A stretch of 64,000 nucleotides of DNA from Methanobacteriota archaeon (GTDB lineage Archaea > Thermoplasmatota > Poseidoniia > Poseidoniales > Poseidoniaceae), in the NCBI GenBank assembly GCA_004195635.1, contig PSPT01000017.1, positions 15,909 through 79,908 of the forward strand. Direction: 5' to 3'. This document shows, in pieces, positions 55,260 through 64,000 of this stretch. The stretch's first letter is position 1, and every line of letters starts with the position of its first letter. The notes beneath the pieces were generated by a model, which made no database searches, was not told the DNA's origin, and saw nothing but the letters and a program-made list of their open reading frames with translations. The translations under genes and the position numbers were made by a program.

Positions 55260-58200
55260 TCACTTCTTTCCACCATGCGAGAAATCTGGTGCGCTAGGAA
55301 CATTTGAGTATACGTTTTCACCTTGAGTTACATACTTTCCTTGGGGCGAATACTCACTTTCAACACCATTGTGGGTTGGGTAGTTTGCTTGTTGCTGCCC
55401 ATACGCAGGTGGATTAGATGCGTACTGATTGCTTGCATATTTTCCTTGAGCAGGACCTATCTGGCCAGTATTCTTTCTGTCTCCTCCGCGCCGGCCCAAT
55501 AAGAGGCCAATCAGTGCAATCAATAGAACTGATAAAGTAAAGATTGCAATGTAAGTTGGGGTGATTTGGGAAAGGCCCTCGGGACCTAAATTAGTTGCAC
55601 TGCCACCAGTACTACCATTTCCTGAATTAGATCCATTACCACCACCCCCGTTAGTATTGTCACCATTTCCAGTATCGATTACTTCAATCACAGAGATTAT
55701 TCCATCTTGACAGGAAGAAACATTTTCTCGGCTAACGCATGCAGTCCATGAGAAGTTGCCAATTTCAAGATATGTGTGAGAAACATTTCCTCCGTTGTAG
55801 GGTGAGCCTTCAATTGTCCAATTTATTGTGTCATTAGTATCAATCGCTTGGGCACTATAGTTCACCATGCCACCTTGTTCAACATGGCCACTTGACGATA
55901 CCGAAGTTTGAAGACTTGCAAATCCAATTTCGGTAGGTGGGCTTGTGCCCTCATCCACTTCATCATCACAATCATCATCAATTCCATTCCATATTTCTTC
56001 GGCGCCAGGGAATACTTCAGCATTTGTGTCATTACAGTCGGCGAAATGATACCAATTATCCAAATCTTCGTCAGGGTCAAAAACCAGTGGGTCGGACATG
56101 TATACATTTACTTCGGCTCCATCGGGTATTCCGTCTCCATCGGTATCAGGATTAGTCCAATTTGTCGTGTAATTATGATATTCAAGATAATCGGTTAACC
56201 CGTCTTCATCATGGTCTGATGTGAGAAAAGCCTCGTCAATAATATCGTTGCAATTTTGGTCTATTCCATCAAGAATCTCAGTAGCATTTGGATATATGCT
56301 CGCATCGGTATCATTACAGTCTTGGAACCAATAGAAACCATCCAAGTCAGTATCTGGGTCATATACAAGTGGGTCGGTACCTAAGACATTCACTTCATCA
56401 CCATCTTCAAGCCCATCAGCATCAGTATCATTATCTTGATAATTTGTTAGATGAGTGTGCCATTCTGCATAATCACTCAACCCATCAGTATCATAATCTG
56501 ACATGTTATAGCCTTCATCGATTACATCATTGCAATTATCATCATAACCATTCAATAATTCAAAGGCGCCAGGCTTGATTTGAGCATTTGAGTCATTACA
56601 GTCTTGGAACCAATAGAAGCCATCAGTATCGGCATCTGGATCATAAACGGTTGGATTTGTGTTGTGGATCTTAACCTCATCGCCATCGGTCAGTCCATCA
56701 TCATCTGAATCATAATCAAGTGGGTTTGTTCCATGTGTATTTACTTCAACACCATCATCAAGCCCATCTAAATCAGAGTCATTCACATTTGGGTCAGTAT
56801 TCCATACCATTACTTCGTCCCAATCACTCAAACCATCATCATCAGAGTCAATATCAAATGGGTCAGTATGCCAAGTGTCAGTCTCATTACTATCCCACAA
56901 ACCATCGCCATCTGAATCGGTTGTAATGGTTGTTCCATGGATAGATAGTGCCCAATGATTCCAAGTTCCGGCATCGCCATTACCCATATCCCTAACTTTG
57001 AGTTGCCATTCACCATCGCTCATTTCATCCCAGTGCAATGTTGAGGTGAATAACCATTCATTCCAATTATTGCCACTGTCGCCATGCTTTTCAATTAATT
57101 TTGATTCAGTTCCATCTGGTGAAACGAGGGTCAAATCCAAATCACCGCGATAATTGTGGTCAGCATCAAAGAGAACTTCAACAGTTTCAACTTTTATGCC
57201 GGCACTTACGTTTAGATATTCTGTGGTCCAAGAAGCACTATTATCGGGGATAGTAGTTCCTACATTTATTTGACCAGAAGTCCAATTGTCTTCTGCACGT
57301 ACATTTGTCCAATTTGCGGCGAGGTTTGTGGCTGCGCCGGCATCAATCATGCCATGGCCATATTCGTGGTTAATTTCAAGACCTGCACCATTTGTTGTCC
57401 AACCGCTATTGCCCGCATCCACTTTATGGGCAGAATTAACCAAAATATGCTGAACATCCCTCCAAGTAAGGTTGGGGTTAGCATCGTAAACCAAGCCAAT
57501 AATTCCACTAACAAGGGGAGTGGCGCTTGATGTGCCACCAAAAGAATTAGTCCAGTCGCCATTAGAATAGCCTCCGCTTCCTTCTATGTCTGTGGTGGTG
57601 ATTCCCGATGCTCCGCCATCGGAAGGAGCGACCACGATTAGATTTGCACCGGGTTCCGAATAATAAGAACGGTCTCCACCATCGTCAACGGCTCCGATGG
57701 CGAGGGTAAAACGGCTATTTGCATATCCGTCATAATTTGAATCATCATTATTACTTCCTCCATTTCCGCCAGCGAATGTAATGATTCCGCCTAAGCCATT
57801 TCGTCCACCATAGGCTTGTTCCTCAAAAGCAGCAAGCATTAATGGCCCCGGTGCTTCTTTGGTATAGCCATTATCATTGGGTCCCCAAGAATTTGAATAG
57901 ATATCCACTGCGCCTTTTTGGTGCAATAAGCCATTGGATTCCATATTGTCATTCATGCTACAGGCAATGAGCAAAATCCCAATTAGGTCAGCATTCATGC
58001 TGGCTCCAGTAACACCGTAGTTGTCATTTCCATATGCTGCAGCAACCCCTGCTGCAGAAGTACCATGCCCATTCCAACTACTTGGGTCTGGGTTGGCATC
58101 ATTTGCACAATAATCATAGTCAAGCGATGATTTGTAATTTGGTGAAAGGTCATCGTGAGTAGTATCAAGTCCATCATCAACTATCGCAATCAGCACACCA

Positions 58201-58868
58201 GAACCATCATAATTATCCCACGCACCGGTAATATTGACGTCTTCACCAGAAGTTCCACCGCCTTGCCCGGTGTTTTGCAAGTGCCATTGATCAGAGAATT
58301 TTGTGTCACTGGGAATTAACCGTGGTGTTCGAATAGTTTCTCTCATTGGGTGAAAAGTTTCAACAAAGGGTAGGTCATCATTAGCAGTGGAAGATAAAAT
58401 GTATTCATCAGATGGGTTATTTACGCCGGCGGCTTTTGAGAGAATGGAATTGGCTTCAGAACCACTTTCAAAACTCATTATCCAAGTGCCAGAAAGAATT
58501 GTACTTTCTAGCGAATGCGCACCTAACTGCTTTGCATAAGGCATTACTTCGGTTCTGCTTTGACAACCTACTTCTGAAAGAACAACTAACCACTTGGCAG
58601 TCGATTCACCAATTTGCGGTTCATCTTCTGCGTTTGCTGCCTCTCGTCTAAATGCAGTTTGGACATGTGGTGAATAAGTGCTTAATCCACATTCATTTTG
58701 GCCGTCTTCAACATTTGAAAAAGAGGAGGGAGAGAGGTTATCCATGTGAATAATATTAGAAATAGATGTTGAGTCATCTTGGAAATTGGAGGCGAATGAA
58801 ATCATCATTGGAGAAAGTAATGAGAGGAGCAGAAATCCGGCCATCGCCACTCCATTCCGGTATTGCAT
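55260..58868 (-). CDS. membrane-anchored subtilisin/kexin-like serine protease (S8) with P-domain, TSP3-type Ca-binding repeats and Cys-rich MopE-like repeats
   Basis: Catalytic triad contexts VDDGLD, HGTSAAGV and GTSSATPLVSG. P-domain pattern DLDLTLVSPDGTES...GEWQLKVRD...W.L.IHG. D-x-D-x-DGL repeats. CND..A.I.PGA.E..NG.D.NCND..DE repeats. C-terminal TM. Confidence 0.9.
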   Translation of the reverse strand: MQYRNGVAMAGFLLLSLLSPMMISFASNFQDDSTSISNIIHMDNLSPSSFSNVEDGQNECGLSTYSPHVQTAFRREAANAEDEPQIGESTAKWLVVLSEVGCQSRTEVMPYAKQLGAHSLESTILSGTWIMSFESGSEANSILSKAAGVNNPSDEYILSSTANDDLPFVETFHPMRETIRTPRLIPSDTKFSDQWHLQNTGQGGGTSGEDVNITGAWDNYDGSGVLIAIVDDGLDTTHDDLSPNYKSSLDYDYCANDANPDPSSWNGHGTSAAGVAAAYGNDNYGVTGASMNADLIGILLIACSMNDNMESNGLLHQKGAVDIYSNSWGPNDNGYTKEAPGPLMLAAFEEQAYGGRNGLGGIITFAGGNGGSNNDDSNYDGYANSRFTLAIGAVDDGGDRSYYSEPGANLIVVAPSDGGASGITTTDIEGSGGYSNGDWTNSFGGTSSATPLVSGIIGLVYDANPNLTWRDVQHILVNSAHKVDAGNSGWTTNGAGLEINHEYGHGMIDAGAATNLAANWTNVRAEDNWTSGQINVGTTIPDNSASWTTEYLNVSAGIKVETVEVLFDADHNYRGDLDLTLVSPDGTESKLIEKHGDSGNNWNEWLFTSTLHWDEMSDGEWQLKVRDMGNGDAGTWNHWALSIHGTTITTDSDGDGLWDSNETDTWHTDPFDIDSDDDGLSDWDEVMVWNTDPNVNDSDLDGLDDGVEVNTHGTNPLDYDSDDDGLTDGDEVKIHNTNPTVYDPDADTDGFYWFQDCNDSNAQIKPGAFELLNGYDDNCNDVIDEGYNMSDYDTDGLSDYAEWHTHLTNYQDNDTDADGLEDGDEVNVLGTDPLVYDPDTDLDGFYWFQDCNDTDASIYPNATEILDGIDQNCNDIIDEAFLTSDHDEDGLTDYLEYHNYTTNWTNPDTDGDGIPDGAEVNVYMSDPLVFDPDEDLDNWYHFADCNDTNAEVFPGAEEIWNGIDDDCDDEVDEGTSPPTEIGFASLQTSVSSSGHVEQGGMVNYSAQAIDTNDTINWTIEGSPYNGGNVSHTYLEIGNFSWTACVSRENVSSCQDGIISVIEVIDTGNGDNTNGGGGNGSNSGNGSTGGSATNLGPEGLSQITPTYIAIFTLSVLLIALIGLLLGRRGGDRKNTGQIGPAQGKYASNQYASNPPAYGQQQANYPTHNGVESEYSPQGKYVTQGENVYSNVPSAPDFSHGGKK
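55960..56660 (-). repeat. ~2.5 copies of a ~279-bp intragenic repeat (Cys-rich metal-binding-like + TSP3 unit)
   Basis: The WFQDCND/HFADCND-encoding segments recur at ~56040, ~56320 and ~56600. Confidence 0.75.
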
Positions 58869-59009
58869 GATAACTTCGCCACAGTGAAAGGCTTTGAGAC
58901 TATGTGCTATTAGTACATACGAAGAATATTCAATTGCTAATTATTATTGACCTCATTAGTTTTTCTTTTCCGTGTTATAGTTGAAATATGGTTACGGGTT
59001 GTGCGAGCC

Positions 59010-60920
59010 ATGCCTGCCGATAATTTACACCAATGGCCGCGACAAGCCACAGACCGTGATTGGAGCGAACCTGTTAATGATGATCCGAGAACTCTATACC
59101 AAATGTTGCAAACAAGTGTAGATTTATTTGGTTCCCAACCATGCTTTGGTGCAATTCCTGCGCCTGATATGCCAAGACAACATACTACTTACAATGAATT
59201 TGGCGAATTGGCCAGTTGTGTTGCACGTTCTTTACGAGATAATGGTATTGGTATCGGCGAGCGCGTGGCAATTATTTGTAATAACTCAATACAATGGGCT
59301 GCTTTAGCCTATGGAGCAAATGCAATTGGCGCTGCCTACACTGCAATGTATACTCACCAGCATGGAAGCGAATGGACATATATTTTGGGAGATAGTACTC
59401 CTAAGATGGTGGTTGTGGAAAATCCCGAGGTGTTGGATAAATTAATAGCAAACATGCCGGCTGAAGCTGAAAAATGGCCGGCAAGTGGAATCCTTCTTCT
59501 CGGTGAAGAAGAAGCAAATGAACTTCCCCCCGAAGGTGTAACTCTTCATCGTTGGGCTACATTCGTCGCAGCCGGTCGAGTGGCAGATGAATTGGCCGAA
59601 ATCGCTGATGACCCGCATGCGCTTTGCACTCTTATTTACACGAGCGGAACAACTGGAAATCCAAAAGGCGTAATCTTGAGTAATTGGAATATTCTTTCAA
59701 ATGTATTGACAGTACAAGGGGTGTTTGAAATATATCCTGGAGATAAGAATGCAGCATTCCTACCATGGGCTCATTCTTTTGGCAGTACTTTTGATTTGCA
59801 CTGGATGTTGAGGACCGGCGTTCACATCAATTTGGTTTCAGACCTAACGAAAATTGCCGACGAATGTATTGAAATTAAACCGGCAGTTCTTCTCGCAGTT
59901 CCGAGAGTTTGGAGTAAATTCTATGATCGCGTGAATAGTCAATTTGCATCTTCTGGAGTTAAGCGAATGCTTTCAGGAAAAGCACGCAAGCACGCCGCCA
60001 AGAGAATCGCCAAATCAGGAGTTCAAGCCGATAGAGTTCCAGCCAAAGGACTCAGAGATAAGTTCTTTGACAAGATTATTTGGAAGAAAGTTAGAGCCAG
60101 ATTCGGCGGAAATATTCGTTTTTGTATGAGTGGGGCAGCAGCACTAAGTCCAGATGTAGCCGAATTTATTCAAATGGTTGGGTTTTCTTGTTATGAAGGA
60201 TATGGATTAACCGAAACTTCACCACTCGTCTCAGCAAATGGCTGGATGGGCCCAGGTCAATCAAAACTCAATACGGTTGGAAAACCAGTAAATGGAGTGA
60301 GGGTAGTCATAGACACAGATGCATGGGATGACCCTGCGAGGCCAGATGAAGGAGAGATTGTCATTTACGGGCCAAATATTATGGGTGGCTATTGGAATTT
60401 GCCTGAAGAAACTGCAAAAGTGATGACCGAGGATGGTGGTTTCCGTTCAGGTGATTTGGGTAAGTTGACACCAGAGGGTTACCTTTCAATTACTGGGCGA
60501 GTGAAGAGCCAATTCAAGTTGGAAAACGGCAAATATGTCAGCCCCTCCCCTCTTGAAGAAAATTTGAAACTTTCACCTTATGCCGAGCAGGCAGTTCTTG
60601 ACGGAAGAAATATGAAAAATACATATTTGATTGTATATCCAAACTTCTATACACTTCGCCCAGCTCTTGCAGCAGCAGGTATCAATGCTTCAAGCGATGA
60701 TGCTGAATTATGTGCTGATCCTGCAGTCAATGCATGGCTGTTAAAAGAATTTCAAACCAACAATATGGTAGCGCCAGTTTGGAAAGGTTATGAGACGGCA
60801 AGGAATATGATTCTTGACCATGAAGAATGGACAACTGACAATGATTTGATGACGCCAAGTTTGAAGGTCAAACTACGCAATCTACTTGTAAAGCATGAAG
60901 ATGCCATCAAGAAACTATAA
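59010..60920 (+). CDS. long-chain acyl-CoA synthetase (AMP-forming)
   Basis: AMP-binding motif LIYTSGTTGNPKGV, then YGLTE, GDLG and KLENGKY; ~636 aa from ATG 59010. Confidence 0.9.
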   Translation: MPADNLHQWPRQATDRDWSEPVNDDPRTLYQMLQTSVDLFGSQPCFGAIPAPDMPRQHTTYNEFGELASCVARSLRDNGIGIGERVAIICNNSIQWAALAYGANAIGAAYTAMYTHQHGSEWTYILGDSTPKMVVVENPEVLDKLIANMPAEAEKWPASGILLLGEEEANELPPEGVTLHRWATFVAAGRVADELAEIADDPHALCTLIYTSGTTGNPKGVILSNWNILSNVLTVQGVFEIYPGDKNAAFLPWAHSFGSTFDLHWMLRTGVHINLVSDLTKIADECIEIKPAVLLAVPRVWSKFYDRVNSQFASSGVKRMLSGKARKHAAKRIAKSGVQADRVPAKGLRDKFFDKIIWKKVRARFGGNIRFCMSGAAALSPDVAEFIQMVGFSCYEGYGLTETSPLVSANGWMGPGQSKLNTVGKPVNGVRVVIDTDAWDDPARPDEGEIVIYGPNIMGGYWNLPEETAKVMTEDGGFRSGDLGKLTPEGYLSITGRVKSQFKLENGKYVSPSPLEENLKLSPYAEQAVLDGRNMKNTYLIVYPNFYTLRPALAAAGINASSDDAELCADPAVNAWLLKEFQTNNMVAPVWKGYETARNMILDHEEWTTDNDLMTPSLKVKLRNLLVKHEDAIKKL

Positions 60921-61041
60921 TCTGATTTGAATAACAGGTTAAATCAAAGGGTGCACCTTTATTACTTGTGTATTGTGATAATTTTGGCATTCCCCACCCA
61001 ATGTCAGAAAGGATTATCTATTGCCTTGGATATTTGCATTT

Positions 61042-61155
61042 ATGGAAAGCGAGTCGTCTGGTCTGCCCGGTTTTGATTTTTGGATGGGAGTGACATCCCT
61101 TTTGTTAGCCGTTTATTACACATATAGACATCAAACAAAAGAACATCAAGGCTGA
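61042..61155 (+). CDS. possible 37-aa single-TM micro-protein (MESESSGLPGFDFWMGVTSLLLAVYYTYRHQTKEHQG)
   Basis: The only coherent ORF in a 386-bp gap. It has one hydrophobic helix. No other support. Confidence 0.2.
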   Translation: MESESSGLPGFDFWMGVTSLLLAVYYTYRHQTKEHQG

Positions 61156-61306
61156 ATTTGAATAGCCAAAAAAAGGCCCCATCGGTCCTGCACGATGTAT
61201 CCTTGGACTATTTCAACAAATTCTAATATCTAGAATTTACGCAGAAAGACATTGAGTAATATGCAATAATTTGAATAATAGATTGCCATAGGCAACTTGA
61301 TTTCCG

Positions 61307-61678
61307 ATGACACATATTGAAAAAGACCTTCATGGCTTAACGCTTGAAGAAGCAAAAGCTGCAATAATTCAGATTATTAAATTCCCTCAAGTGAATAAAA
61401 TCACACTAATTCACGGTTATAATCGAGGAGTTGTACTTCGAAATTATATCTGGACGCAAATGGCCTCGGATCTTCGAGCAATGGGTCTAACAAAACAAAT
61501 TCGCTTTTTTGCAGATGACGTCAAAGGTAGGACGACATTCCTTGTTATTCGTGCTGATAAATCGCAATCGAGAACTGCCAGTATTGGTGACTTAATTGAT
61601 GTAGATGCTTTCCTTTGTCAAATCGATATTGAAGAAGAACTTGCTGAATCTATTGAAGATTCTGCTAATCCGCCATAG
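61307..61678 (+). CDS. Smr (small MutS-related) domain protein
   Basis: DLHGLTLEEA and ITLIHGYNRG fit the Smr LHG / IHG.G motifs; 123 aa with an acidic tail. Confidence 0.5.
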   Translation: MTHIEKDLHGLTLEEAKAAIIQIIKFPQVNKITLIHGYNRGVVLRNYIWTQMASDLRAMGLTKQIRFFADDVKGRTTFLVIRADKSQSRTASIGDLIDVDAFLCQIDIEEELAESIEDSANPP

Positions 61679-61754
61679 CACAAGCAAAAACCGAACAAAC
61701 CCATGACCCACCGTATGGTAAAGTAAACTGAGTGGGCGGTCATTGAACCGAGCA

Positions 61755-63809
61755 TTAATCCTGTTTCTCTGTTTTTGGAGTAAGCGTAAGTTGGAGATCC
61801 TTACTTTGAATTTCAGCGGTTAACTTTTCTATGAATTCACCAATTGGCATACCATTCACCTGCTCATTATTTCTGCCCCGCAGACTAACAGTCTTCTTTT
61901 CCACTTCCTCATCACCAAGAATAACCATATAATTTGGTTGCATCTTTCGGTGAGTTCTTATTTTCTTACCAACCGTCGCATCAGACATATCTGCTTCAAC
62001 CCGAACTCCGGCCTCAACCAATGCAGAAATGACTTCCTGTGCCCACAAATTATGCTTTTCTGAAATTGTTATCACATGAACTTGAGTTGGTGATAACCAT
62101 GTTGGGAATTTGCCGGCAAAGTGTTCAATCAACACACCGCAGAATCTTTCCATACTTCCGAATGGAGCGCGGTGAATCATTACTGGGCGATGAGGTTGAC
62201 CATCCGGTCCAGTATAAGTAAGGTCAAAACGCTCAGGCAGGTTGTAATCAACTTGTACCGTTCCTAATTGCCATTCGCGACCAATAACATCTTTGACAAC
62301 GAAATCAATTTTTGGACCGTAGAAAGCGGCTTCGCCTTCTTCCTCGGTGAAAGGAACTCCAAGACTCAAGGCTGCAGTTCTACAAGCGGCTTCGGCTTTG
62401 TCCCATTTTTCGCCTTCACCAACATACTTGTCCGAATCTGGGTCTCGGAGACCAACGCGGACGCGGTAATCGTCCATCCCAAGGGTTTTGAAAATGATTT
62501 GAACGATTTCTATGCAGCCAAGAACTTCTTTGGCAATTTGTTCTTCAGTTACAAATAAGTGAGCATCGTCTTGAGTAAAACCACGCACCCTAGTCATTCC
62601 TGAAATTTCTCCGGATTGCTCCCAACGATACACAGTACCGAATTCGGCCAACCTAAGGGGGAGGTTGCGGTAGGAACGAGGTTGTGAGTCATAGATTTTG
62701 ATGTGGTGGGGGCAATTCATCGGTTTGAGCAGATAGCCTTCAATATCCCCTGCACTCATTAAGTTTGATAATTCACCACATGAGCAATCTTCATCAGCAA
62801 GTTTTTTCATCAAATCGCGCTCAACAAGTGCCGGATATTGGCTGTCTTGATAGTAAGGAAAGTGGCCTGATTTCCGGTAAAGGTCCAGTTTGCCAATGTG
62901 AGGTGTAAACACTTGATAATAGCCCTGGCGGCGCAATTCAACTAAAATGAAATCCTGTAATTCTTGGCGCACTGCCGCTCCACGCGGGGTCCAAAGAATG
63001 AGGCCTTGACCGACTTCTTCGTCAATGTGGAAAAGTTGTAGATCTTTGCCTAGTTTACGGTGGTCTCGCTTTTTTGCTTCCTCAATGCGTTGTAGAGTTT
63101 CCTTTAGGGCATCCTTACTAGGCTCAACAATTCCGTAAATGCGCATTAACTGCTGACGAGATTGGTCTCCCCTCCAATATGCGGTTGAGATACTTGTCAA
63201 TTTTACATTCATTAATTTGGCAGTGCTGGCTACGTGTGGCCCTAGGCAGAGATCATACCATTCACCTTGCTTGTAGATGGTTGAACCACTGCCATCTTCC
63301 ACCTTATCGCTGATGATTTCCATTTTGTAGGGATTGCTAGCGAATAGGTTTTCAAGTTCCTCATCGCTACATTCGACGCGCTCCACGCTGAGATTCTGTC
63401 GCGCCAGTTGTGACATTTTCTTTTGGATGGTTCGAAGATCAGATTCACCAATTGGTTCCATATCAAAATCGTAATAGAATCCACGCTCAATCGCTGGACC
63501 AATAGTGGGTTTTGCATCTGGATATATTTCCATGACCGCTTGGGCGAGAAGGTGAGCAGCACTATGGCGAAGGATGTGCATACCGGCATCAGAATCAGTT
63601 TTGATTCCATCAACTGAGGCTGAGCAAGTTCCTCCGATATTTTCCAAATCAGCAATAACAAAAGAGAAATCACGTTCTTCACCATTGACAGATGCGGCGA
63701 TACAGCCATGTTTACGACCGTAGATATCATCAACAATTTCTCCAGCAGTAATTTCTTCTGAGTATTGGTTGACAGTGCCGTCTGGTAGTGTAATATCAAT
63801 CATTGACAT
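61755..63809 (-). CDS. thrS: threonyl-tRNA synthetase, bacterial/eukaryal architecture (TGS + N2 editing + class II core + anticodon domain)
   Basis: TGS (IDITLPDG), editing HSAAHLLAQA (HxxxH), and class II motifs (FRNE-like RLAEFGTVYRWEQSG, GFTQDDAH, HRAPFGSMERF). ATG 63809 (MSMIDIT). Confidence 0.95.
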   Translation of the reverse strand: MSMIDITLPDGTVNQYSEEITAGEIVDDIYGRKHGCIAASVNGEERDFSFVIADLENIGGTCSASVDGIKTDSDAGMHILRHSAAHLLAQAVMEIYPDAKPTIGPAIERGFYYDFDMEPIGESDLRTIQKKMSQLARQNLSVERVECSDEELENLFASNPYKMEIISDKVEDGSGSTIYKQGEWYDLCLGPHVASTAKLMNVKLTSISTAYWRGDQSRQQLMRIYGIVEPSKDALKETLQRIEEAKKRDHRKLGKDLQLFHIDEEVGQGLILWTPRGAAVRQELQDFILVELRRQGYYQVFTPHIGKLDLYRKSGHFPYYQDSQYPALVERDLMKKLADEDCSCGELSNLMSAGDIEGYLLKPMNCPHHIKIYDSQPRSYRNLPLRLAEFGTVYRWEQSGEISGMTRVRGFTQDDAHLFVTEEQIAKEVLGCIEIVQIIFKTLGMDDYRVRVGLRDPDSDKYVGEGEKWDKAEAACRTAALSLGVPFTEEEGEAAFYGPKIDFVVKDVIGREWQLGTVQVDYNLPERFDLTYTGPDGQPHRPVMIHRAPFGSMERFCGVLIEHFAGKFPTWLSPTQVHVITISEKHNLWAQEVISALVEAGVRVEADMSDATVGKKIRTHRKMQPNYMVILGDEEVEKKTVSLRGRNNEQVNGMPIGEFIEKLTAEIQSKDLQLTLTPKTEKQD

Positions 63810-63846
63810 ATTTTTTCCCTCTGTTTTTTTGCGAGAAATGAAAGAA

Positions 63847-63873
63847 TTACCCAACCAAAGGTTGGCTGGGTAA
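63847..63873 (-). promoter_or_regulatory. 12-bp-stem hairpin in thrS 5' leader
   Basis: TTACCCAGCCAA-CCT-TTGGTTGGGTAA on the coding strand (one G-U pair), ~40 nt upstream of the thrS ATG. No T-run follows. Confidence 0.35.
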
Positions 63874-63919
63874 TTTACAAAACAAAAAGGGAACGAAACC
63901 AAAGTTAAACTATTAGTTG

Positions 63920-63952
63920 AACCAAAGCCAAACCAAAGCCAAACCAAAGCCT
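63920..63952. repeat. 3 x 11-bp tandem repeat AACCAAAGCCA
   Basis: Read directly, upstream of thrS. Confidence 0.85.
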
Positions 63953-64000
63953 CGAACTTCCAAACTGTCCTGTAATTTCTTTCCCGACATATTGTGGGGG

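Noticed and set aside
63242-63799. 185-aa alternative-frame minus-strand ORF within thrS
   Set aside because: It is out of frame with the 684-aa ThrRS ORF, which carries all class II and editing motifs.

Overview
This is a gene-dense (~90% coding) 64 kb chromosomal segment with about 45 protein genes. I found no rRNA, tRNA, CRISPR array, transposase or integrase. The informational genes are archaeal: PCNA sliding clamp, MC1 chromatin protein, Hjc resolvase, Csl4, S26B signal peptidase, DacZ-type diadenylate cyclase and an Lhr-type helicase. Several enzymes look bacterial: an N2-editing ThrRS, a SMUG1-type UDG, an M23 peptidase and an Sdh1-type succinate dehydrogenase. Together with four very large sequon-rich surface proteins, this suggests a planktonic euryarchaeon (Marine Group II/Poseidoniales-like); that assignment is inference only. 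Housekeeping content includes pyrBI, a TtuA/NcsA tRNA thiolase, MscS, an aldehyde dehydrogenase plus sdh operon, asd, an acyl-CoA synthetase and thrS. The most unusual items are listed below.

- **Csl4 fusion:** an exosome-cap Csl4 protein is fused to two canonical RRM domains and an RGG-like tail. It lies directly upstream of a radical-SAM/HhH enzyme.
- **Nuclease pair:** an uncharacterised RNase H-fold (RuvX/RuvC-like) nuclease is divergently paired with an Hjc resolvase that carries a ~150 aa disordered tail.
- **Macro-DacZ pair:** a macro-domain gene and a c-di-AMP synthase gene are separated by 9 bp.
- **Broken sdhB:** the gene appears to have lost ~30 nt inside the 2Fe-2S motif.
- **Broken DUF805 gene:** a second frameshifted gene. 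Two broken genes in one window may indicate assembly errors rather than biology.
- **Repeat protein:** a cytoplasmic protein contains three near-identical 60-bp proline-rich tandem repeats.

All family assignments come from motif reading by eye. No database search was run.
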